Source: Raja brachyura (lineage: Eukaryota). Taken from it: a DNA stretch of 64,000 nucleotides. Location of the stretch: the NCBI GenBank assembly GCA_963514005.1, contig OY740810.1, positions 20,026,001 through 20,090,000 on the forward strand. Direction: 5' to 3'. Positions 12,465 through 25,066 of this stretch are shown here, piece by piece (the stretch's first letter is position 1; each line of letters starts with the position of its first letter). The notes below the pieces were generated by a model. It did not search any database. It saw only the letters and a program-made list of their open reading frames with translations, and was not told the origin of the DNA. The translations under genes were made by a program, and so were the position numbers.

Positions 12465-15197
12465 TTAATGCCGCATGCGGCCTTCTACCCCATTAAGTGC
12501 GGCCTTTTATCTTAAAATGAACGTATTATATAGGGGACTCACAGAGGTTCAGCCAAAAACTAAGCAGACACAAGTTGTGTGCTTGAGATGTGTTTTAATC
12601 GGTAAGATACAGCTCCTTACTCCTCAAATTAGCATGGGCATTGCCCGACCTTAAATATCCCTAAGGGTCAACCCCATGACCTGCGCCTCCCACACCGAGA
12701 CACCTAACCCCTCCCTCCAGAGTCGAGGGTTCGCTCTGCCCGTGGCCTACCACCAGGTGCCGCCACATTACCCCCCAGAACCAGAGGGACCGAAACGGAC
12801 GGGATGCCGAATGAGACGGCCAGATCGCGTAGATACGTCCCCTCGCACAGGGGACTTGCACGGTCCGGAATAATTCAAGGGGATCCGGGACGAAGGGCGC
12901 TCACGATGGGGAAGTTGAGCCACCTGTACTGGCTTGCTCAGGTCCAGATGGGCTGGTTTTAAACGAGCCACGGATACAGTTTCCTGCTGGCCCCCCATGT
13001 CCAAGACGGATTTCATGCTGCAGCACCCGAAAGGGACTTTCATAAGGGCGCTGCAAAGGGGCTTATGAAGGATGGGAGCCAGGGCTCCAACCCTCTCCCG
13101 CAAGTGCACCAACACAGATGACGGCGGTTACCAGGACCCATAAGCGGCCGGGACAAACTCCCCCGGAACAGTGAGTGGAGCGCCATGCACCAGTTCCGCC
13201 GAGGACGCTGATAAATCCTCCTCCCCCATCTCAATCCCCAACAGGATCCATGGCAACTTGCCCATCCACTCAGGGCCCGTGAGGCGAGTGTTCAGGGCGT
13301 TCTTCAGATGGCAGTGGAACCGCTCCATCAACCCATTCGACTGGGGATGATACGCTGTCGAATGGTGGAGCTGCGTCCCCAGCAGGCCGGCCATCGCGGA
13401 CCACAATTCAGACGTGAACTGGTCGCCCCGGTTTGATGTGATGTCCAGAGGAACCCTGAAGCGGGCCGCCCAATTAGCCACGAGCACACGACTGGGCGGA
13501 AGTGTCCATTAGCGGAATGGCCTCCGGCCACTGCGTAAAACTGTCCACCACCGTCAGCAGGTGCGAAACACCCCGAGGCGGAGGCAGCGGCTCCACGATG
13601 TCCACGTGCACGTGGTTGAACCACCAGCGTGGCACCGCAAAATCTTGAACTGGCGCCCGGACGTTTCGATGTACCTTAGATGTTTGGCACAGAATGCACG
13701 CTCCGGGCCCAGGTCCGACTTGCTTCCGCAGCCCGTGCCATATAAATCTCGCGGCAACCGTGGCATGGATAGACGGGTGAGCCAGCCCGTGGATGACATC
13801 GAACATGCGGCGGCGCCAGGCCACCGGAACATCAGGCCACAGCTGGCCTGTGGACACGTCGCACAGGATGGAAGTACCCGAGGGACCCAACGGCAGAACA
13901 TGACAGAACATTTTCGGGCCATAACAGAACATTTTCTTTTCCACAAAGAGTTACTCGCGTTGGACACTCTTACGGGCAGAACACAAGGAATAGATTTCTT
14001 CAACAACTTTCAAGATAAATGTTGTGAAGTTGGACTGGCTTTGGTGTATGTGTATGTGAGTGTATGTACAGACAGATAAAAAAGGTATTATCAGATCCAG
14101 ATGCTCTCATTTTCTTTCACTGTATCTTACATCAGCAAAATCTCTGTGCTAAATCTATTTTAAGTGACACTTTGCAACAAGTTATAAGTATTGTTAACTA
14201 TATTCGTGCAAATGCAACACGGCATCGTCAGTTTTGTAATATGCTAAAGTTGAGCGATGAGGCATTCAGTGTGGATTTACTGTATCATTGTAAAGTGTGT
14301 TGGCTATCGCAGGGACGGGTATAAGCAAAATCTTTATCTTTGCGAGAACAGGTAGTTTAATTTCATGAAGAACAAAATCAGAAAGAAGATTTCTATAGAA
14401 ATACTGCAATTCTGTGTGATATCACGTCAAAGCAAAATTACTTGAATGTTTCTTTGCAAGGTAAAAGCTATCTTTTTTCAAAACTTCTTCAAAATGAAAT
14501 TTCAAATGAACATTTTCCCCAGTTAGCGAAGGTCATTGATGAGTAGGAGGATTCATACAAATCATTTGAAGAATACACAGCTGTTATATACGTATTAATT
14601 AAAGAATACAATGAAAGGTTCACTGACTTTGAGAATCATGACATCACACTCAAATTAGCATTTCAACCTGACCTAGTTGATGTCTCCAAGGCTCCTAAAA
14701 AACTACAGATGGAATTGATTGAACTCTCAGAAGATGACATTTTAAAGTCCTTATTTGACGTTAAGAAAGATCCGATTGAAATATGGAAAAATGCAATAGA
14801 ATACCCACGTCTTCGACAACAGGCACGAAAAATGCTTTCTTGCTTTTCAACCACATTGCTGTGTCTACATTCTCCTACCTAATCCAAATCAAGACGCTCT
14901 TAAGATCACAAATGACGGATACCCATCTCGAAGATCAGTTGAAACTGCGTACCTCCATGTTGCAACCAAATGTTCAAATGCTTTCCCACAAAAAGTAGTC
15001 ACAACAAAGTAATTAAAACGTTAGTTAACTTTAGAATTAACAATTGTTTTTCATTTTCTTGAAGTTAGTACATAGTAGTTTGATTTTTACAAAATGTACA
15101 GTTTTAAGTGTATCTAATTGAAGTTTGTTGGATGCGGCCTTATTAGATTACAGCTAACTTAATGCGGCCTTCCAACATGAAAAGGTTCCCCACCCTG
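12465..15197 (+). mobile_element. hAT-Charlie/Buster-type DNA transposon, decayed, inserted in a CR1 fragment (about 12360-15490)
   Basis: FHCILHQQNLCAK, C-terminal dimerisation region (STFSYLIQIKTLLRSQMTDTHLEDQLKL), right end AGGTTCCCCACCCTG; left TIR not resolved. Confidence 0.85.
12529..13900 (-). mobile_element. Gypsy LTR retrotransposon fragment: integrase, PPT and 3' LTR (12529-12767)
   Basis: HHCC (HGLAHPS...CILCQ), HVHVDIVEPLP, AYHPQSNGLMER; PPT TCTGGGGGGTAA followed by TGT LTR start. Confidence 0.92.
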
Positions 15198-16134
15198 TGC
15201 TGGACAATGTTGAATTGTTTTCTTTGGAGCATTAGGAGCTGATATAGGAACCTGATAGAATCAAGGTGAGAAAGTCAAATACTAGAGAGTGTAGCTTTAA
15301 GATGAGAGGGGAAAGTTTAAAGGAGATGAGGAAGGTACACATTGAGAATGGTGGGTACTTGGAAAGCACTACCAGGGGAGATGTGGAAATAAATACAATA
15401 GTGGTATTTGAGAGACTTCCGCATGGGCAGTTGATTATATGGGGAATGGAGAGGTATGGAACGTGTACAAAGAAAGTGAGATTAGTTTAATCAGGTGGAC
15501 AAAAAATGATGGAGAAACTCAGCGGGTGAGGCAGCATCTATGGAGAGAAGGAATGGGCGACGTTTCGGGTCGAGACCCTTCTTCAGACTGGCATCATTTT
15601 GGCACTGGAATTGTGACCGAGAGGCTCTGTTCCTGTGCTGCACTGTTCTATGCTTTAGAACTTCAATTTTCCGACTGCCATACTAGGAGTTTATCTCATG
15701 TTTCTGAACCAACAGTCCATAATTCTAGCTGCAATTTGAGTACTTTAACCACTGCACCAAAGCTCCTCGGTTCAATTGAGTCACCAGTGTTTGACAACCT
15801 TTAACAAATTGGTGCTTCTTCTATTCTAGAGGAGATAATTGAAAATACCTATTTCTATAATAACTTGTATGTCCTCGGCTGGAAAAGTAAAAGGGCTTTG
15901 CAATCAATTAAATACTTTCAACATGTAAATATTGTTATAAAGTATGAAACACGGCAGACAACATAAATGTCAATGCAATAATGACAAGATAATCATATTT
16001 CATGATGTTTGATTGAGGGAGGGCAGCTGGTGGATAGAATCGCTCACAGCTCCAGTGACTCGGGTTCAATCCTTGACAATTGATCCTGTCATTAGTGTCC
16101 CTGGTGCAGGTGGATGGTAGAATTGGAGGGAATA

Positions 16135-16442
16135 GGGCGACACGGTGGCGCAGCAATAGAGTTGCTGCCTACAGCGCCAGAGACCGGGGTTTAATGCTGA
16201 CTATGGGCGCTTGCCTGTACGGAGTTTGTATGTTCTTCCCGTGACCTGCGTGGGTTTTCTCCGGGTGCTCTGGTTTCCTCCCACACTCCAAAGATGTACA
16301 GTTTTGTAGGTTAATTGGCTTGGTATAATTGTAAATTGTCCCTAGTGTGTGTGGAATAGTGTTGGTGTGCGGGGGTCACTGGACGGCGCGGACTTGGTGG
16401 CCGAAGAGCCAGTTTCCCCGCCGTACCTCTAAACTGAACTAA
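16135..16442 (+). mobile_element. V-SINE
   Basis: Full-length copy homologous to 2075-2372. Confidence 0.85.
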
Positions 16443-18609
16443 TGGGGAAAGAATAGGTTACAGTAAAAAAATACTGACGAAATGGAATTGGTCTGAGTGG
16501 GTGTTGATGCTTTAACTGGTCTCTTATGTCATATGGAAATAAAAAATATAGAAATAAGGACATGATGTCTGTCTCTTTGAAAGGGTCTCTCCTGTAAATC
16601 ATAAATGGTCGCTCCCTTTTTTAATGTTTAACCTTTTCCTCGCCTTTCACAAAGGTGACGCCTCTCCTATGTGCAACGATTACAGTATCTTCATCACGTC
16701 CCTTTGCGAGATGTCAAGATGTGGCCATCATGCATTTAGCGTGATTCATCCGAGCTTCCCTTTCCATTAGTTGTGTGAAACAGGGAGCCGGAGTTTTTCT
16801 TCCCCCCCCCCCCCCCCCCCCCTCCCCACCCATACTTGCCTCTCCCTGTGTCTGCTTCGTGTGCAGTGACACCAGGTGTAGCTCATGAACTACCACAAAA
16901 TAAATCATTGGGGATTGCGGAATTAATCCGGGACATTCCTGATCGATGTGCTGCGTATCATAGCAGCCTATGCAGCTGCAGCCCAGGCTTTTGGAGCCGT
17001 TTCGAACAAACTCGGCTTTTATGCTGAAACTAACTGGAAAGAAATGAAAGGGATTTGTATTTGTTGACAAATCGGCTATGCGAACATAGAACGTGAAAAT
17101 TAAGTAGCTTCTTGGCTGAAAACTGTTCAAAAGCAATTGCACTCCTGCATTGGTGAATTCCATGGAACACCATACAATGAATAGGAAATACATGAATAAA
17201 TGCCTCATTTGAAGGTTTTTCAATTGAATTGAGCATTTTCTGCAACGAGACAGTTTTGCAATGCCTTGTTCTTGCCACAGTCATTTACAAACATGTATCT
17301 CTGTAATCCTGTGATTGTGCTAGCATTCTCAAAGCTGCTCCATGTTCACTTACATAGGTGTATACCTTCCAACGTCTGCAGGTGGCTGCTGAGAATGATG
17401 AAGTCGTCTTCACAGCATTGCACTATTGGCCAATGGATTTGCGTTGGCTGAAAACACAAGCCATTTTACCAAGGGTCAAGGCTTACTGAGTGGCAGTTTG
17501 AACTAGAGGAAACGTTATGAAATGAGATTTCAATGTAAATGTGCAATCCTACAATTTATTTCCCAGATATATCTTGCGTGACCAAGTCTACGTACAAAAT
17601 CACAACCTGATTTCAGATCTTGCAGAAAAATTGGCTAGCTGCATTTTGTTTTTCTCTTTAGAACAGTGGATGACCTACAATTTACAGTAATTATTTCACA
17701 TAGGCCGTTACTGTTACTAATGATCAGTTACTGAAGAACCTAAATCTCAAAACCACATGCCATGAATAATGTATTTGATTTTCACTCTAAATTGTTATCG
17801 TGTGATCTGCTATGGTATATAAGATAAATTGGTTGCTGAATTGTAATGTAAGCATTTCATTTTTCTTCAAACTTCAGGTGTAGGCTATGTCTAGATATTT
17901 CTAGTTTTATCTTTTTTTGTACGCTTGTGGGTGGATTTGATACATAGAAGAGCGCGTCTGTACCTGAGGAGGCTAGCGTGGCCACAGAGATTGGGAGTCA
18001 GTTTAGCCTCGAGGAATGGTGGAGACAACAGTTTTTACCACATGACTCGACACGACACAGATGAAATAGTAAGAATGAAAAGTAACAATGTGTTGGAATA
18101 AGAAATACTTGATATGAATCGCTTCCTTGCTTGTACTACTTCAATAAAGGACCAATTAATCAAGAAATAACGACTGGAAGATTTGTTTTTACTATCTGCG
18201 AGTAGCTATATCTCTTCTACATCCCCGAGTAGTAATGGCGATCAAAAGTTGGACATTGGAAAGTTAAGAAATTGCCATTACATATTGAATTCATCCCATT
18301 TAAAACCTTTCCCGCGTCCTTCCTCCCTCCCATACATGCCAGAAGGTAGTTTCATCCTTCAAACTTGCTTCCATCAAATAATGTACATTTGTATGAAATG
18401 TAATGCCTTTCTCTATACTAAACTGGACAGTATTCTTCTGCCTGTCGGCTCTCACTTGGTTAATAATACATTGTGTGGAGAAGCAGGTCTCATTTTATTG
18501 AGCATTTCATTAGTATTTTAAAAGGTGTGCCTCTCCTTTGCAAATAATGCTGAGACACCAAGGGTTGTTTAAAAAAAAACAAATAATTTTTTTACTGAAA
18601 TGTTCTGTA

Positions 18610-18890
18610 GTTGCTGTTTTACAGCGCTAGAGACGCGAGTTCCACCCTGACTACGGGTGCTGTATGTACGGAGTTTCTAGGTTTTCCCTGTGACCGTGTG
18701 GGGTTTCTCCGAATGCACCAGTTTCCTACCACATTCCAAAGATGTACAGGTTTGTAGGTTAATTGGTTTCGGTAAAATTGTAAATCGTCAGTGTGTAGGA
18801 TTGTGTTAGTGTACGGGATAGTGCTACTGGTCGGCGCAGACCCGGTGGGCCTAAATCTGCTTCCGTGCTGTATCTCCAAAGTCTAAACTA
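18610..18890 (+). mobile_element. V-SINE
   Basis: Homologous to 2075-2372. Confidence 0.82.
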
Positions 18891-19929
18891 GGGAGGAAGG
18901 GAGCGGGCTGCGCGTCAACCAAAGGACTGCATGTTCAGCGGCTTCAATCCAGAGCCGGGGGGGAGGGGCTCTTCACAGGGGGGCGGGCTGGTTCCCGAAT
19001 GCAATATTCCCTCGCTGCAGGCTCCAGGGACAAGGAGATGGTAGTGACAGGGAGAGGGGAGCTTGCTTCCTTTTAGAGCTGGGGTTTCCGATATGCGGCG
19101 TCTTTTTGAGATAGGGAGAGGTCAGTCAGGCGGGGTAGACGGCCAGCGGGGGGGGGTGACATCATTTCCCCGTGGAAAACAGTGGGCAGCAGGCCACATG
19201 GCAGCCATCGCGAAGTCGTAAGCTCGCTTATTTGAGATGTGTGAATATTTTCAGAAATAACTCGAGGAAAAAAGCATGGATTTTTCAGATAAGACGATTT
19301 GGACTCAACAGGATAAAAGTCTACAGGAATATGTTAAAAATTTACATACCCTGACACACACTGTATGGCTGAGGTGTAACTTAGGTGCATATAATATGTG
19401 TACTAGTAGGAATTGAATAATTAGACTGGTTATCGTGACGAGACAAGAGGTTGCTTTGTGATTCCAACGCACTAATGACTTGCTTTGAGGTGGTGGAACG
19501 TCCTTGGGGTGACATGAAATTGTTCATTCACCACACGATATAGCTGTTTCTGACTTGCTCCTGCTGATAGACCATTTATGTGGAAAGGTTTAGAGGAATA
19601 TGGATCAAAAGAGGGGAAATATTTTAGTATAGAACCATCTTAGTCAGCATGGACAGCAGGTTTGTTTCATAATGTAGAACACTGACTCCATATGATTGGC
19701 TTCCATATAATTAAAGTCCATCATTTTCTCTGTAATTATATAACCAAAGCAATCAGGCAGATTGAGCCAGTGGGAAAATATACTGCAGCTGCATTAAAAT
19801 GTGGATAAATGTTAAGTTATTCACTTAAGTAGGAGAAACATAAAATATTAGAATGTGGAATGGGAGTGGATTATTTAGGCTTTTGTCATTCATGATCTGT
19901 GAATTTGATCTTTTTTTTCACAAAATCTC

Positions 19930-20650
19930 CCCCTCTAAACCTCTCCTTTGAGCCTACCCTGTGCTTGAAAGTGCAATGGCAATGGAAATGAAGTGAAAAT
20001 GGAATGAGCTGTTTGGCTTGGGCCTGCCCTGTGCTTGAAACTGCAACGCAATTGGATATGAAATTGTTTGGTCTGTCTAAAACCACAAATTTTGACCCAC
20101 AAGGCCCCTATTAGCCGAGAAACCAGTCCCCATTGACCAAAATGCCTGTATTAGCCCAGGAGGAGCATTTTGGCCCATAAGGCCCGTGCCAGACCAGGAA
20201 AAGTCCAGAAAAAGTGCCTTTCACTGAGATTTCACTTTTTTTAAGAGCCCCTTCAGTCTATCAGGCCTGTACTAGTCCAGGTGTCCCTTTGCCCCATCCG
20301 TAAGTATTCCCCCTGCAAGTAGTAAACCTCACCCCCTTTCTCCCTTCCTTCATTTACTCCCTGTGAGATCCAGGCCAGGATGGACTTTCCTCCTTCATTG
20401 CTGTGACCTGCAAAAAAAGATGAAAAATGTCTAAAATTGATTCTCCCCCTTCTCCCTCGCAGTCTCTCACCTGTTTTGGACAGAATTTCTGGTAGTTTCT
20501 GAGCTGCCAGCCCACCAGGCCTGAGTGACTGTTGCCAGCCCAAGAATCCATTCGGCCCACAATGTCCATACTAGCCCTCCAGAAACCAACCCCTTCAGCC
20601 CACAACATCCATACTAGCGCTCCAGAAAGCCCCCCCCCCCCCCCCCCCCC
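19930..20650 (+). mobile_element. Fragment of the non-autonomous Helitron family seen at 57581-58899
   Basis: Shares CCCAAGAATCCATT.GGCCCACAATGTCCATACTAGCCCTC and tgcttgaaa repeat motifs with 58280-58780. Confidence 0.65.
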
Positions 20651-20651
20651 A

Positions 20652-21440
20652 GGGTCAGGCTAGATGCAGGAAGATTGTCCCCGATGTTGGGGAAGTCCAG
20701 AACAAGGGGTCACAGTTTAAGGATAAGGGGGAAATCTTTTCGGACCGAGATGAGAAAAATATTTTTCACACAATAAGTGGTGAGTCTCTGGAATTCTCTG
20801 CCACAGAAGGTAGTTGAGGCCAGTTCATTGGCTATATTTAAGAGGGAGTTAGATGTGGTCCTTGTGGCTAGAGGGATCAGGGGGTATGGAGAGAAGGCAG
20901 GTACGGGATACTGAGTTGGATGATCAGCCATGATCATATTTAATGGCGGTGCAGGCTCGATGGGCCGAATGGCCTACTCCTGCACCTATGTTCTATGTTT
21001 GCCCCACAATGTCTAAGCCGAACATGATGCCATGACCATCTATTATCTGCCTATGCATAATCCATATCCCTTTATTCCCTGCATAACCCTATGCCTACAC
21101 AAAAGCCTCTTAAATGCCACTTTCGTATCTGCATTAACCACCAACCCTGGCAGCGCGCTCCAGGCACTGGTCGCCCTCTAAACAGTCTCCCTACAAATCT
21201 CCTTAAACTTTGCCCCTGGCACCTTAAATCTATGCCCTTTAGTATTTGAATTTTCCATCCTGGCAGTGTGTCAGATGGCGAATAAGAACAAAAGGAATAG
21301 AAGCAAGGGCTTATCAAAATACTGTCAGATTCGCCTGACATATCCCGGGTAAAGCCATGACGATTATCCCTAATTATCCCATTCTCCACCAAATGTGAGT
21401 CAATCCTATACCGAAGAATCCTCTCTAATAATTACCCTAA
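20652..21440. mobile_element. CR1 fragments: + strand 3' end (20652-21000) and - strand pieces (21000-21440)
   Basis: SRTRGHSLRIRGKSFRTEMRKIFF motif and 3' UTR; reverse-strand GIIRDNRHGF motif. Confidence 0.85.
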
Positions 21441-21819
21441 CACAAAGTAACAAGTCCAACACGGAAATACGAACTGCATGAATGATCTTTAGTGGTAGTT
21501 AATCGCTGTTACAATCTGACACAAGTGAATGATCACAGTGGTTCCTCTTTACACGGCAGGTGCTGAGAAACCTCGTTTCAACTGCAGATCTCAATTAAGC
21601 CAAGTAACTGATCTCTTTGAAGCTGTGTAGCAATTAGAAGAAACGGAGTAAACTAAAAACCTTTTGTACAAAATAACAGCGGAACTGTGGAAGGTAAAAC
21701 AGAAGCACAGGTACATTGAACTGAGAGGTGCGGGTGGCAAAAGATGCAACGCAGTGAAAGATGAGAAGCAGTGACTTCCCGTTAATCAGGGTGCAAACAC
21801 GCCCGGAGCCGCGCTCTCT

Positions 21820-22127
21820 TTAACAGCTGGAGTGTGAGAGTGTGGCGGATATTTTCGAGGCTGCTCCTTGTTGAACTGTGCAGCAGTACGACTTCCCACT
21901 GCTCTTGACTGCGCCGCCCACCGTCAGGTAGATGCTGAGACTGAAGGTGTTGTCCGGGTCCCGCCTCCCTGCGTTGGTTTGCACCTCACTGCTCGGCGGA
22001 CTCCCGGCCACTGCCCAGCTGACGGTGGGGAAGCCCACGGACCAAGCAAAGGTGCTCGCTCCTTTAGCGGACATATCCTCGTCTGATGGCCACAGCAGTT
22101 TCACTGAAGGGCCGTGGAGCTGCGGAG
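21820..22127 (-). pseudogene. Sigma C exon of cluster B, ORF open but first domain Cys lost
   Basis: Intact acceptor; 308 nt versus 323 nt; APQLHGPSVKLLWPSDEDMSAKGASTFAWSVGFP...SYCCTVQQGAASKISATLSHSSC*; 3' UTR homologous to cluster A. Confidence 0.9.
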
Positions 22128-22454
22128 CTGCAAGGGACAAGAGAATACATGTTACAGTGTGTGGGGGGGGGGGGGGGCTCCTAACAAATACGGGGCAGAA
22201 TGTGTGACAGGGCCTCGTTCCTTTCAGCTGATGGAGACCTTGTCTAGACAGAAGCATTACAAATTTGACACACCTATTATTTGGGGATCCGTTTTTTAAT
22301 GTTATTCTTTACAAGCGGGGTTCTCATCAACCTCGCCCCACCTCACCCCAACCGAGGGTGGGAGAGAGGTAAAAACTGAAGACGGGCTGTGAGCCAGGAA
22401 AAGATTTTTGGTAGAAAGCTGACACGAAAGTTAAGGAAATGAATAACACACTCG

Positions 22455-22737
22455 GCGGCCGAGTTGCTACCTTACCAGAGACCTAGGTTCGATCCTGTCT
22501 GTCTGTACGGAGTTTGTACCCCCCCCCACCCCCGTGACCGCGTGGGTCTTCTCCGGGTGCTCCGGTTTTCCCCCACACCCGGTTTGAGGATTGAGGGTCA
22601 ATTGGCTTCGGTAAAAATTGTAAATTGACCCCTAGTGCGCGTGTCGGGTAGTATTACTCTGCAGGGATCACTGGTGGGCACGGACTAGGCGGTTGAAGAG
22701 CCTTTTTCCGCGCAGTATCTTTAAAATTCTAAAACTC
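22455..22737 (+). mobile_element. V-SINE in cluster B J-C intron
   Basis: V-domain core present. Confidence 0.8.
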
Positions 22738-22882
22738 GAAGTGCTCGGTTTTAAACTCCCCCGGAACAACCGCAAACTTCTTAAACGAGGCAGCCCAAGA
22801 GATGATTGGGCATTTATACAAATATTTTATTTTACCCAGTGGAGATATTTCAAGTCGCGTTTATTGCTATGCGCACAATTAC

Positions 22883-23943
22883 TAGCAATGTTACAAAATG
22901 TTGATATTTTAAAAATCAAGTCTGCAATTTATCCCATCAAATAAAGCATAAAAATAAGTTTAATTTGACACCTAATTCACTTTCATATTTTCAGTATTAA
23001 AAAGGTTATGGCCATTTTTATACTCGGTAATTAGCATCTTGTTCTCTATTGCCTTTCCATTGGCTTAACTCAAAAGCTGTGATCTAGGACAGTCAAAAGC
23101 CCATAGCTTTCTTAAAAATTAAGAGAACTGAAATAAATGTTCAGTTATTATAGATTGAAGCATTCTGAAACAAATATGAAACAATCTTACTTGGATGACC
23201 TGAAATTAAAGCATATAATTAGTTAGTTACCCAATTGTAGCTAATTACAAAATTCAATTACCAGACCTAATCATCTATCCATTTCTTAAGATAATTTTTT
23301 TTTTAAAGCCTAAGTGTCCAAATAACATTCACACAAGAATTCACAATATAACATGATTTTTAAATCTCATTGTCATGAATTTATAGGCCAATTGGAAGGA
23401 ATTTAGTGTTTAATGCCCGTAAATTAATGGGCATTTAAATCAGCTTGCGAGTGGGTTTTTATGGGACGAGATGGATTGGAACGTTCGGTTGCGTGAATTT
23501 AACCCCCATTTCGGCAGGAGAAATACTGCCGGTTCGCATGGGGAATAAGTCACCGTTTCGGAACATGAAAGTTTAATTAAGGTCATCTTAACAAACAAGT
23601 TTATATGAAAAAATAAACGGATTTCCTTTACCTGTCCCCGACCTAAAATCCGTCCCCATTGTCGGCGTTCACGGCATTAGAAGCTAATTTTTACTTTACT
23701 CCAGCGCTGAAATAGTAGGGCGATTAAAAAAAGAAAATCGCATACTGGCAGTCGGAAGGAATCTCCAGCAAAAGCTCGCACTCCGAGAAAATATAATTCA
23801 GGAAGGTAGGGGAAAACTGCATTTCAACCCCGCCCCATCTCCCCCCCCCCCCCCCCCCCCCCCCTCCTCAAAGGCGCAAAGTCGCGCACACGGCCAGTGA
23901 CAGACCTGCAGCCCCGCTGAAGGTACATTTTGTAACATACATA
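22883..23943. mobile_element. About 1.05-kb non-autonomous TIR element, copy 1
   Basis: Termini TAGCAATGTTACAAAA / TTTTGTAACATACATA; inverted homolog of 30780-31812. Confidence 0.82.
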
Positions 23944-24049
23944 ATAAGTACGGGGAGGTGGGTAAAGGTACAACAAAAATCTTCCATGCAGCAGCATCAC
24001 AGGCACAAACTCACTAAACGAAATATCAAAAATGTGAAAATCAAGATAT

Positions 24050-24430
24050 TAGACAATAGACAATGGGTGCAAGAGCAGGCCATTCGGTCCTTCGAGCCAG
24101 CACCGCCATTCAATATGATCATGGCTGATCATCCACAATCAGCACCCCGTTCCTGCCTTCTCGCCATATCTCGTGACTCCGCTATCTTTAAGAGTTCCAT
24201 CTAACTCTCTCTTGAAAGCATCCAGAGAATTGCCCTCCACTGCCTTCTGGGGCAGAGAATTCCACAATCACAATACTCTGGGTGAAAAAGTTTTTCCTCA
24301 TCTCCGTTCTAAATGGCCTATCCCTAATTCGTAAAGTGTGGCCCCTGGTTCTGGATTCCCCCAACATCGGGAACATATTTCCTGTATCTAGCGTGTCCAA
24401 CCCCTTAATAAATTGATATGTTTCTATAAG
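24050..24430 (-). mobile_element. CR1 3' end
   Basis: Highly similar to 4505-4880. Confidence 0.88.
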
Positions 24431-24819
24431 AGTTTTCGCCTGCTCCTTAACGTAATTCTTGCGTCTGCGCTGCATTCCCAGCCCTTTGCCGCGTTTGCTA
24501 AATTAAGGGAGCGCACCAGGAAAGGCTTCACGTCGCTCTGGCCCATGAGCAATTGATACAAGACCTCTTTAAAAACTCACATTATAAAATGTAATATAAA
24601 TACATTCCCGCCATTGTTAAGCAAACAGTTTAATAGTGTTGGAAATAGATACAACATGCTGGAGTAACTCAGGGGTCAGGCAGCATCTCTCGAGAAAGGG
24701 GATATGTGACATTTCGGGTCGAGACCCTTGTTCAGACCGAGAGTCTTGCAAGAGGGGAATTAGAGGTATAAAAGGGCACACACAACAAAAGAATGGAAGG
24801 TATGAGAGCACAAATCAAA

Positions 24820-25066
24820 GTGGCACAGTGCTAGAGTTGTTGCCTTTCAGTGCTTACAGCGCCAGAGACCCGGGTTCGAACTTGATCTGTACGGAGTTTG
24901 TATGTGCTCCCCGTGGGGTTTTCTCTGAGATCTTCAGTTTCCTTCCACACTCCAAAGACGTACAGGTTTGTTGGTCCCTAGTGTGTGTAAGATAGTGTTA
25001 CTGTGCGGGGATCGCTGGTCGATGGCCCGAAGGACCTAATTTCCGCGCTATACCTCTAAACTAAAC
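24820..25066 (+). mobile_element. V-SINE, internally deleted
   Basis: Head, partial core and CTAAA tail. Confidence 0.75.
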
